Below are positions 8,867 to 17,059 of a stretch of 64,000 bases of DNA, piece by piece; the stretch's first letter is position 1; the number at the start of each line of letters is the position of its first letter. Both the position numbers and the translations under genes were made by a program. Location: contig JBGARZ010000008.1 of assembly GCA_044229975.1 (NCBI GenBank), positions 160,001-224,000 of the forward strand. The letters are read 5' to 3'. This DNA is from Polyangiales bacterium (GTDB taxonomy: Bacteria; Myxococcota_A; Polyangia; Polyangiales; Ga0077539). The notes under the pieces are model-generated. The model did not search any database and was not told the DNA's origin. It saw only the letters and a program-made list of their open reading frames with translations.

Positions 8867-9673
8867 TCAGCGGGGCGGGCGCTCGTTGTCGGTGCCGAGC
8901 GGCTGCTGCACCACCACGCCCGGACCATCGAGTCGCGGGCCGGGCTCGCGCGGAACCACCGCGTTGGTCGTCACCGGCGCGCCCACCTCGACCTGCTGAA
9001 CCCGTCCGTTGGGCAGGTGCAGCCGCAGGGTGTCCGGCGCCGCGAAGGGGGGGAAGTCCACGTAGAGGAAGTGCAGCCCCTGCGGGCCGACCTCCTGCGA
9101 GGTGCGGTGATCGACCTCGGCGCGGACATCGAGCACGAGGTCGATACCGCCGCGCACCTGACGGAGCCACGCGCGGTTGACCGGCGTACCAAAGGCTTCG
9201 GTGATGAGGGGACGGCGGTTGTTGGAGAGCGCGATGCGCCCGCCCGCGATGTGCACCACGCGCTGGAGGGCGGTGCGCGACTCGGTCACCACCGCAGGCT
9301 GCGTGAGCGCCACGAACACCCGGCTGCCGCCCGGCTGCATCTGGAAGCCCGGCCACGCCGCCACCGGGACCCGCGTGCGACCCAGGCGCGCCATGCGGCG
9401 GAAGCCCGGCGCGATCGATCGCAGACCCGGCGTCACGCCGCCGTACTCCTCGGGGCGATGCACGTCGCGGCCGTCGATGAAGCGCCGCGTGCCCATCGAG
9501 CGCGCCCGCGGCTCGTCCCCCGCCTGCGGAACCACCCCGATGGAGTTGCCGTTGGGCGTCGCCCCCACGACGGTGTACCCGCCCTGCTGTTGTGCCTGCG
9601 CCGCCGTCGCACCCAGCGCGACCACACCCACCGCCAGCAGCCGCCGCACCCACGCTTGCATCGAGTATCTCAT
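8867..9673 (-). CDS. Secreted AMIN-like domain protein
   Basis: Signal peptide (..AAQA|QQ); SRVFVALT, NNRRPLITEAFGTPV..A.L beta-rich domain. Confidence 0.55.
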   Translation of the reverse strand: MRYSMQAWVRRLLAVGVVALGATAAQAQQQGGYTVVGATPNGNSIGVVPQAGDEPRARSMGTRRFIDGRDVHRPEEYGGVTPGLRSIAPGFRRMARLGRTRVPVAAWPGFQMQPGGSRVFVALTQPAVVTESRTALQRVVHIAGGRIALSNNRRPLITEAFGTPVNRAWLRQVRGGIDLVLDVRAEVDHRTSQEVGPQGLHFLYVDFPPFAAPDTLRLHLPNGRVQQVEVGAPVTTNAVVPREPGPRLDGPGVVVQQPLGTDNERPPR

Positions 9674-9772
9674 CGCGGCCGCGATTCCATCACGCCCTCA
9701 CCCCCCGCGGCAACTTCGCGTCACCTCACTCGCCCACAGCGTCCTCGCCTATCATCCGCGGTCGATCATCCC

Positions 9773-11197
9773 GTGAACCCCTTCGCGAGCGTCACCTTCG
9801 CGTGGCTGACCGTCTGCGTCTTCCTGCTCGCGATGTTCGCGTTCATGGGGCTCTTCCGCCGCGTGCCGGGCGACGCGCCCCGCTTCGGCGCGCTGCTGCT
9901 GCTCGCCAGCCTCTATGACCTCGCGTCGGTGCTCCGCTACGGCCACCGCCCGATCAGCTCCATCCCCTGGGAGCACCTCCGCGTCGCCTCGGGCCTCGCC
10001 ATCATGCCCGTCGCCCTCGACCTCGCGATGCGCTTCGCCCACGTCGCCGAGCGCCCGCGCCAATGGCTCAAGCTGGCCTACGCCTGGTTCGCCGTCATCT
10101 GCCTGCTCAACCTCTTCGGCGTCGTCGTGGTCAACGACGCCCACGTCCAGCGCGCCGTGCTCGGGCCCTTCACCATCGACTACCGCGAGGCCGTCATCTC
10201 CCACGCCGGGCACGCGATGATGTTTCCCGCGGTGCTCATCGCCCTCGTCGCCACCGTCTTCTATTACGTCCGCGCGGCGCGGGCCCACGGCGGCTGGGGC
10301 TGGGCCGTCGCCGTCACCTTCCTCCTCGTCGCGTGCGCCGTCGTCCACGACGCCACCACCAGCATCACCCACCTCCCGTCGCCCTTCCTCGCCGAACACT
10401 TCATGTTCATCCACCTCGGGGCGCTGTCCTTCGCCTTCACGGCGCGCCTCTCCGAGGAGTCCGCCCGCCGCGACGACGAGCTCGCCCGCGTGCGCGGCGC
10501 CCTCCAGGAACGCGAGGCCCTCGCCGCCATCGGCGAGCTCGCCGCCATCGTCGCCCACGAGGTGCGCAACCCCATCACGGTCATCAACAACTCCGTCGCC
10601 TCGCTCCGTAAAGCGGAGCTCCCCAGGCGCGAGCGCGACCTCCTCCTCAGCATCCTCGAAGAGGAGTCCGAGCGCATCAGCCGCATCGTCACCGACCTGC
10701 TCACCCTCGCCCGACCGCTCCACCCGCAGCCCTTCGAGACCCTGCCCAAGGAGCTCATCCTCCGCTGCCTCGGCCCCGCCGAGCGCGCCGGAACCGAGGT
10801 CGACCTGCGCACGAGCCCCGACGCCGAGACGCCCATCCAGTGCGACGCCCACCTCCTGCGCCACGCCCTGGAGAACGTCATCGAAAACGCCGTTCAGGCC
10901 ATGGGCACCGGCGGATCGCTCACCATCACCCTCACCCGCAAGACCCGCCACGCCATCGAGGGCCGCGAGATCGCCGTCATCGACACCGGCGAAGGCATGA
11001 ACACCGAGGTCCGCAACAGCGCGCGCAAGGCATTCTTCACGACGCGCACCACGGGCACCGGGCTCGGCCTCGCCATCGTCGACCGCATCCTCACCGCCCA
11101 CAAAGGCGCCGTCGACATCGAGAGCAGCCGCGGCGAAGGCACCACCGTCCGACTCTTCGTCCCGGAGCCACCGACGCCCCCAAAGCCCCCCGCATGA
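9773..11197 (+). CDS. Membrane sensor histidine kinase
   Basis: Multi-TM N-terminus; AHEVRNP H-box, ENA N-box, DTGEG, GTGLGL. Confidence 0.9.
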   Translation: MNPFASVTFAWLTVCVFLLAMFAFMGLFRRVPGDAPRFGALLLLASLYDLASVLRYGHRPISSIPWEHLRVASGLAIMPVALDLAMRFAHVAERPRQWLKLAYAWFAVICLLNLFGVVVVNDAHVQRAVLGPFTIDYREAVISHAGHAMMFPAVLIALVATVFYYVRAARAHGGWGWAVAVTFLLVACAVVHDATTSITHLPSPFLAEHFMFIHLGALSFAFTARLSEESARRDDELARVRGALQEREALAAIGELAAIVAHEVRNPITVINNSVASLRKAELPRRERDLLLSILEEESERISRIVTDLLTLARPLHPQPFETLPKELILRCLGPAERAGTEVDLRTSPDAETPIQCDAHLLRHALENVIENAVQAMGTGGSLTITLTRKTRHAIEGREIAVIDTGEGMNTEVRNSARKAFFTTRTTGTGLGLAIVDRILTAHKGAVDIESSRGEGTTVRLFVPEPPTPPKPPA

Positions 11198-11270
11198 ACG
11201 CCCCGCCCGGGCGGTGCACCTCTCTCCCTACCCAGCAACGAGAGCACCGCACCGACGACGGAGGTCACCC

Positions 11271-11984
11271 ATGCAAAGCCGTACGCCCGCGTTCATCCTC
11301 GCCACCGCGCTGATGGGCGCCCCCGGACTCGCGGCGGCCGACCCTCCCGTACACCTCCAGACCACCGTCGGCACCGACGCCCCGCTCGCCGTCAACGTCC
11401 GCGCCGACCTCGAACTCCCCGGCCGACTGCGCCTCATGGCCTCCGCCGGCATCACGCCCGACCTCTACCTCTCCGCCTTCAACGGCATCGTCAGCGCCTC
11501 CGCGGGCGGTCAGTCCGACGCGGGCCTCTCCGGCATCCGCCTCACCCGCGGAACCTCCTGGCGCATCCACGCCGGCTGGCGCCCCGCCCCCAACGCGGGC
11601 CTGCTCCTCATGGGCGGCTACGGCCGCGTCGACCTCTCTGGCGAGGTCAGCGCCCGCGAGCTCATCACCTCCGTCACCGGCCTCACGCCCCCCACCAACG
11701 TCCCCGAAGCGACCGGGATGTACGACGTCACCTCGACCCTGCACACGCTCAACGCCGAGATCGGGTGGGAGTTCTTGTTCTTCGGCGACCACCTCGCGCT
11801 GATGACCGCCGTCGGCCTCATGGGAACCATCGACTCCCGCACCACCATCACGCCCCGCTTCAGCTCCACCACGCCGGGCGCCGCCGACGCGCGCCGCTCC
11901 GCCCAGGACTCCATCGACCAGGTGCTGCGGTCGTACGCCTTCGTACCAACCCTCTCACTCTCCCTCGGCTACCGCTTCTTCTGA
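11271..11984 (+). CDS. Putative outer-membrane beta-barrel protein
   Basis: GGAGG RBS, signal peptide, C-terminal LSLGYRFF barrel signature. Confidence 0.6.
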   Translation: MQSRTPAFILATALMGAPGLAAADPPVHLQTTVGTDAPLAVNVRADLELPGRLRLMASAGITPDLYLSAFNGIVSASAGGQSDAGLSGIRLTRGTSWRIHAGWRPAPNAGLLLMGGYGRVDLSGEVSARELITSVTGLTPPTNVPEATGMYDVTSTLHTLNAEIGWEFLFFGDHLALMTAVGLMGTIDSRTTITPRFSSTTPGAADARRSAQDSIDQVLRSYAFVPTLSLSLGYRFF

Positions 11985-12689
11985 TCGTCGATCGTGGCGG
12001 TGGTGCCGCGGGTGGTGTCGCCGCCCTTCGTGATGTCCGTGCCCCTGGTGATGGTGACCGTGTCGATGCGGCCGACTCTCTCCGCCCGCCGCGGGTGACG
12101 ACCCGTCGACGACCTCGGCCCGCCACACCGGCCGCAGCTCCCACAGCGACGCCACCACCGCCGCGCGGTGCCCGCACCCGCGCCCCGCGTTGCGCTCGCA
12201 CCAGTGCGCGCCGTTCCAGAAGAGGTACCCCGTGAGCCGCACGTGCACCGGCTCGCGCAGCTCCACCTGCCCGCGCCCCGCGGCCAGCAGCCTCGCCCGC
12301 GCCTCGTCGTAGGCCGCGCCCGACGGAACGCGCACCACCACCCGCGGCGAGTCGCTCCCGGCGCGCACGGCCGTCACTTCGAGCTGAAGCTCGCAGCCGT
12401 CGTCGCCGACCTTCACCCGCCACACGTCGCCCTCCAGCGTCGCGACGGCGCCTTCCCGCTCGTCGATGGGCTCGTCGCGCTCCCGCACGCTGCCGTGCTC
12501 GACCCGCGCGGGCGGCGACCACGCCATCAGCGTCGCCACGGAGAGGTTCGGCACCGTCACCGCCGCAGGCGCCCGCCGCGTCATTGCCGCGCGGTACCCG
12601 GCCGCAACGCGCGACGGCGAACACACCTGCGCGCTCGCGGTCGATGCGGCCAGCAGCGCGGCCAGCGCGACCCCTACGCCGGGCCGCAC
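11955..12689 (-). CDS. Secreted hypothetical protein (possible OB fold) with His-rich tail
   Basis: Signal peptide VALAALLAASTASA; VRLTGYLFW..WELRPV; start overlaps the end of the upstream gene. Confidence 0.55.
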   Translation of the reverse strand: MRPGVGVALAALLAASTASAQVCSPSRVAAGYRAAMTRRAPAAVTVPNLSVATLMAWSPPARVEHGSVRERDEPIDEREGAVATLEGDVWRVKVGDDGCELQLEVTAVRAGSDSPRVVVRVPSGAAYDEARARLLAAGRGQVELREPVHVRLTGYLFWNGAHWCERNAGRGCGHRAAVVASLWELRPVWRAEVVDGSSPAAGGESRPHRHGHHHQGHGHHEGRRHHPRHHRHDRRSEEAVAEGE

Positions 12690-14749
12690 GAGACCGTCGT
12701 CTCCACCACGTTGTCGCCCTCGTCGCACTCGCGCGCCGCGCCCCCGTCGTCGACGCGGATGTAGATACGCGTGTCCCGCTGCGGCGCCTCGATCTCCACG
12801 CACACCCGCTCGCTCTGCATCGGCCCGAGCACCCGCATCGTCGACTCCGTCCCGAGCCGACGCGCGCCCATCGCCGTCGGCATCTGGTCGTACACGCCGA
12901 CGCTCACGGCGCCCACCATCGCATCGCCCTCGTTGCGAACCGTCACGCACACCGTCGCCACGCGCCCGCTGCACGTCGGCGCCTCGGGCGCGCCAGCGAG
13001 GTCGGGCGCCAGCAGCTCGCGGTCGCGCGATCGGTTGAGGCGGAAGGTGTTGTGCGTGCGCCAGGAGGGCTCCTCGCGCCGGGGGATGCTCCCGTCGTCG
13101 TTGATGTTGTCGATGTGGTAGCCGTGCTCGTTCCAGAGGGGGCGGGCGGACACCCACGAGCCGTCGCCCGAGGTCCAGATCTCCAACCCCGGGATGCGCT
13201 GCGTGGCCGTCTGCGCCGCCGGGATGGTGTTGCCCGCGAAGGCCGCGCACTGGTTGGCCCCAAAGACGATGTCCGCCTGACCGTCCCCATCGGCGTCCGC
13301 CACGATGGCCTGCTCGGTGCGCGTCTGGCTGGGGTTCCAGTCTTCAAAGACGACGCGACCGGTGCGGCCGTCGAGCACCATGAAGCGCTCCTCGTCGTTG
13401 TAGACGACCTCGCTCGCCCCATCGCCGTTGAAGTCGAACACCGTGCTCGACGTGACGTTGCTCGACGTGTCCTCCGTGACCGTCGCCCACCGCACGCCCA
13501 CCGCCAGGCACCCCGCGCCCGCCGCGCGACAGTCCGGGTCGAAGAGCGTGTACCGATCGCCGCCCGCGACGCCCACCTCGGCGTGTCCGTCGCCGTCGAA
13601 GTCCGCCACCGTCGGCGCACCGCCCAACGCCATCGCCCCCTGCAAGCGCTCGCTCCACCGCGATGCGCCCGTGCGACCGTCGTAGAGGGTGAGCGTTCCG
13701 CCCTGCATGACGGCGACCTCGGGCTGGCCGTCGGTTCCGCCTGCGCCGGATGCGTCGAGGAGGTCGCCCACGGCGGCGAAGCCCTCGCCGTTGCCCATGC
13801 GGAAGCGCTGAACCCCGCGCGCGTCATACACCGTCGCCCCGGTGATGACCTCCAGGCTGCCGTCACCGTCGAGGTCGATCACGACGCTGAGCGGTCCCTG
13901 TCCGTTGGCGCCGCGCGTGGCAGCCTGCCAGCGAGTGGCGCCCGTTCGGCCGTTGACCACGGCGCCGCCAGCGATGACCTCGGGGGTTCCATCGCCGTCG
14001 AGGTCGGCGATGTTGACGGAGGGATTGGCGCCGTTGGCTCCCATGAGCATCGCCGACGATTGCCAGTAGAGGCGGCCGTTGCTGCGGAAGGCAGCGAGCC
14101 CGAGGCCCGCGGTGACGGCGACGACTTCGAGGCCGTTGGTGAGGTCGCCATCGAGATCACCGACGGCGGGGTGGCCATCCCAGCGCAGGCCGAAGTCGGC
14201 GGTCTCGGTGTTGGGTGCGCCGACGCCGTTTTGCGACCAGAGCAGGCGGTGGGGCGCGCGGCCGGAGATGACCCGCAGCACCGAGCGCGGATAGCCCGAC
14301 TCGCACGAGAAGGTCATGAAGGCGACCTCGGGGACGGCAGCGGTTCCGGCGGGTTCGCGGACGATGTCGGCGACGACCGGGGTGGAGCACACCTGGTCGG
14401 CGCCCGCGAAGGCCATCCCCGCGGTGGCGCGCCAGTGGAGCCGGAGCGCGGGGCTGCGAAAGGGCTCGGCCGAGGGTGTGACCGTGCAGCGACGAGGACC
14501 AGCGTCGACCGCGGGCGCATCGGCGGGTGCGGTGGTGACGTCGGCGGTGGGCACGTCGGTGGTGGGCACGTCGGTGGCATCGAGGCGGGCGTCGAGGCGG
14601 GCGAGGTCGTTGGTGGACGGACGATCGGTGGCGGAGGGGCGGGCGTCGAGGCGGCCGGCGTCGAGGGGGACGATGCCTTCATCGGGCGCGCAGCCGAGCG
14701 CGACGGCGGTCAGGGCGACGGCACGGAGCGAAAGGGCGCGAGAGGACAT
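12674..14749 (-). CDS. FG-GAP/VCBS repeat lipoprotein with C-terminal CARDB-like domain
   Basis: Lipobox ALGC; repeated DLDGDG/DFNGDG motifs; VRNEG..ECDEGDN. Confidence 0.85.
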   Translation of the reverse strand: MSSRALSLRAVALTAVALGCAPDEGIVPLDAGRLDARPSATDRPSTNDLARLDARLDATDVPTTDVPTADVTTAPADAPAVDAGPRRCTVTPSAEPFRSPALRLHWRATAGMAFAGADQVCSTPVVADIVREPAGTAAVPEVAFMTFSCESGYPRSVLRVISGRAPHRLLWSQNGVGAPNTETADFGLRWDGHPAVGDLDGDLTNGLEVVAVTAGLGLAAFRSNGRLYWQSSAMLMGANGANPSVNIADLDGDGTPEVIAGGAVVNGRTGATRWQAATRGANGQGPLSVVIDLDGDGSLEVITGATVYDARGVQRFRMGNGEGFAAVGDLLDASGAGGTDGQPEVAVMQGGTLTLYDGRTGASRWSERLQGAMALGGAPTVADFDGDGHAEVGVAGGDRYTLFDPDCRAAGAGCLAVGVRWATVTEDTSSNVTSSTVFDFNGDGASEVVYNDEERFMVLDGRTGRVVFEDWNPSQTRTEQAIVADADGDGQADIVFGANQCAAFAGNTIPAAQTATQRIPGLEIWTSGDGSWVSARPLWNEHGYHIDNINDDGSIPRREEPSWRTHNTFRLNRSRDRELLAPDLAGAPEAPTCSGRVATVCVTVRNEGDAMVGAVSVGVYDQMPTAMGARRLGTESTMRVLGPMQSERVCVEIEAPQRDTRIYIRVDDGGAARECDEGDNVVETTVSCGPA

Positions 14750-14837
14750 GCGGACGAAGGGATCACACCGGCAGCGGACGTCAACGGGCAACGAGCGCAG
14801 TGCGACCGTGTCCTCTCCACGAGCACCGGGCGATCGC

Positions 14838-15066
14838 TTGGCCCCCTCACCGCGCTGCCGCGCGCCCTCACCCCCGCGGGAGCGGGGGCAAGGGCTCCGA
14901 TGACCGCAACCCCGGCGCGCGTCCGACAGCATCCAGAGCTGGCGATGGTCGTGGGTCGCTCACCGCCCGATCACGTCCCCAACCCGCGCGCGCCTGACAG
15001 TATCCGGAGCCCTTGCCCCCGCTCCCGCGGGGGTGAGGGCGCGCGGCAGCGCGGTGAGGGGGCCAA
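14838..15066. repeat. 62-bp perfect inverted repeat with 105-bp spacer (REP doublet/REPIN-like)
   Basis: 14838-14899 is the reverse complement of 15005-15066. Confidence 0.9.
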
Positions 15067-15099
15067 CCGCCCTTCACCCCATGCCACCATCGCTCCCCA

Positions 15100-15429
15100 A
15101 TGCTCACGCTCGTCGTCCCAGCGATCGACACCGATACCGATCCCCCGCGGCGCATCGCGGTCGACCGCACCCCGTTCACGCTCGGCGCCCACCCCGACAA
15201 CGACCTCGTGCTGCCCCGCGGCACCGTCGACCGTCACCACGCCCGCATCGAGCTGCACGACGGGCGCCACGTCATCATCGATCACCACACCACCCACGGA
15301 ACCACCCTCAACGGCCGACGTGTCCTCGCCCCGACCGAGCTCCGCCCTGGTGACCAGCTCACCGTCGGTGAGCAACACGACATGACCGTCGAGTTCGCCT
15401 CGCCCGACACTCCGCCAGTCGCTCACTGA
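15100..15429 (+). CDS. Stand-alone FHA domain protein
   Basis: LGAHPDNDLVL, VDRHHARI, THGTTLNG, LRPGDQL. Confidence 0.85.
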   Translation: MLTLVVPAIDTDTDPPRRIAVDRTPFTLGAHPDNDLVLPRGTVDRHHARIELHDGRHVIIDHHTTHGTTLNGRRVLAPTELRPGDQLTVGEQHDMTVEFASPDTPPVAH

Positions 15430-15440
15430 CGGTCCGACCC

Positions 15441-15635
15441 CTCCCATTTCACTCCCGGAGTGACGTCCGACCGTTCTGAGCCCTCCCGTTTCACTCCCGG
15501 AGTGACCCGCGACCCATTCCGAGCCCTCTCATTTCACTCCCGGAGCGACCGACCGTCTGCTTGAGCAGACCCATTTCACTCCCGGAGTGACGTCCGACCG
15601 TTCCGAGCCCGCCAGGGTCACTCCCGAAGTGACTC
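15441..15635. repeat. Degenerate tandem array, 5 units of 42-43 bp with palindromic core TCACTCC-C-GGAGTGA
   Basis: Cores start at 15449, 15491, 15534, 15576, 15618. Confidence 0.9.
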
Positions 15636-15770
15636 ACCCGCTTCGTCATCGTCCGCCTTTCCCGGTTCGGTGCGGCGCTTTGTGGAGCCTCTGCCACCCG
15701 CTGCAATCCCGTCCGATCGTGGTAATCGGGGAGTGCGCCCGCTCGCGACGGTCGTCCATCGAAAGGTTGC

Positions 15771-16550
15771 ATGGCCAGCATTCCCCCGCGGCATCGATCG
15801 AGGCCCTTCGCGTGGACCCACCAGGACGTCCGCATCCCCGGGCCGCGCACCGTGCGGAGCATCGAGAAGCACGAGCTCAACGTGGTGTTCCAGCCGATCG
15901 TGTCGCTGCTCGACGGGTCGACGTACTCCTGGGAGACGCTGGTGCGGTGCACCGTTCCGGGCTTCGAGGCGCCGCCCGTCCTCTTCCAGGCGGCCGTCGC
16001 GGAGAAGGCGTGCGGGCGCCTCGGTCGGCTCATCCGCGAGGTCGCCTTCGAGCGCGGCGCAGGCCACCCCCTCTTCGTCAACATCCACCCCGCCGAGCTC
16101 GCCTCGCGCTGGCTCGTCCAGCCCGACGACCCGATGAACTTCCACGACGCCGGGGTCTTCCTGGAGATCACCGAGTCAGCCACCTTCGAGCACTTCGAGC
16201 TCTGCTGGAACGTCCTCCGCGAAATCCGTCAGCGCGCCTCGGTGCGCTTCGTCGTCGACGACCTCGGCGCGGGCCACTCCAACCTCAAGCGCGTGCTCGA
16301 CCTCGAACCCTCCGTCGTGAAGCTCGACATCTCCCTCGTGAAGGGCATCGACCGCAGCGCCCGGCAGTTCGCCCTCGTGCGCTCACTGGTCTCCCTCTTC
16401 GCCGACCTCGGCGCGACCGTGGTCGCCGAGGGCATCGAGACGCTGCAAGAGCTACGGAAGGTCCGCGAGGCCGGCGTGCACTTCGGCCAGGGGTACTTCC
16501 TCGCGCGCCCGGCGTGGCCGATGCCCGAGATCCACTGGCCCTTCCGCTGA
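15771..16550 (+). CDS. EAL-domain c-di-GMP phosphodiesterase (stand-alone)
   Basis: FQPIV, ETLVR, LEITE, DDLGAGHS, KLD, AEGIE, QGY. Confidence 0.9.
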   Translation: MASIPPRHRSRPFAWTHQDVRIPGPRTVRSIEKHELNVVFQPIVSLLDGSTYSWETLVRCTVPGFEAPPVLFQAAVAEKACGRLGRLIREVAFERGAGHPLFVNIHPAELASRWLVQPDDPMNFHDAGVFLEITESATFEHFELCWNVLREIRQRASVRFVVDDLGAGHSNLKRVLDLEPSVVKLDISLVKGIDRSARQFALVRSLVSLFADLGATVVAEGIETLQELRKVREAGVHFGQGYFLARPAWPMPEIHWPFR

Positions 16551-16599
16551 GCCGGGATTGACGTCCGCGGCGCTGCTCCGAATACGGGAGCACCGCGCC

Positions 16600-17058
16600 A
16601 TGACCGACCCCGCCGACGAGGAGACCGAGAAGGAGCGCGTCGAGCGCGAGTACTGCGAGCTCCTCGACGAGATCCGCATCGCCCTGCCCGGCGGTGAGGT
16701 GATGCTGGGCTTCCTGCTCACCGCCCCCTTCAGCGATCGCTTCTCCAACCTCACCGAGGCCCAGAAGCTCATCTACCTCGTGTCGCTGCTCTGCGTCGCC
16801 GCGGCCACGGCGCTGCTGCTCGCGCCCACCGCGTACCACCGCATCCGCTTCCGCGCGGGCGACAAGCCCTGGATCACCCGCCGCGGCAACGCCCTCGTCA
16901 TCGCCGCCATGATCGCGATGGTGCCCGGCATCGCGGGGACGATGTTCGTGGTGACGGACGTGATCTTCTCGCGCGTCGCCGCCGCGCTGGTGAGCGGCGG
17001 GACGGCGGCGTTTCTGGTGGGGCTGTGGTTCGCGGTGCCGCTGCTGCGACGGCGGTGA
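16600..17058 (+). CDS. DUF6328-like membrane protein
   Basis: ELLDEIRIALPG..GFLLTAPF, LLLAPTAYHR. Confidence 0.75.
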   Translation: MTDPADEETEKERVEREYCELLDEIRIALPGGEVMLGFLLTAPFSDRFSNLTEAQKLIYLVSLLCVAAATALLLAPTAYHRIRFRAGDKPWITRRGNALVIAAMIAMVPGIAGTMFVVTDVIFSRVAAALVSGGTAAFLVGLWFAVPLLRRR

Positions 17059-17059
17059 G

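Noticed and set aside
15441..15635. CRISPR array
   Set aside because: Period is only 42 bp, linkers are homologous to each other, and there are no cas genes or AT-rich leader
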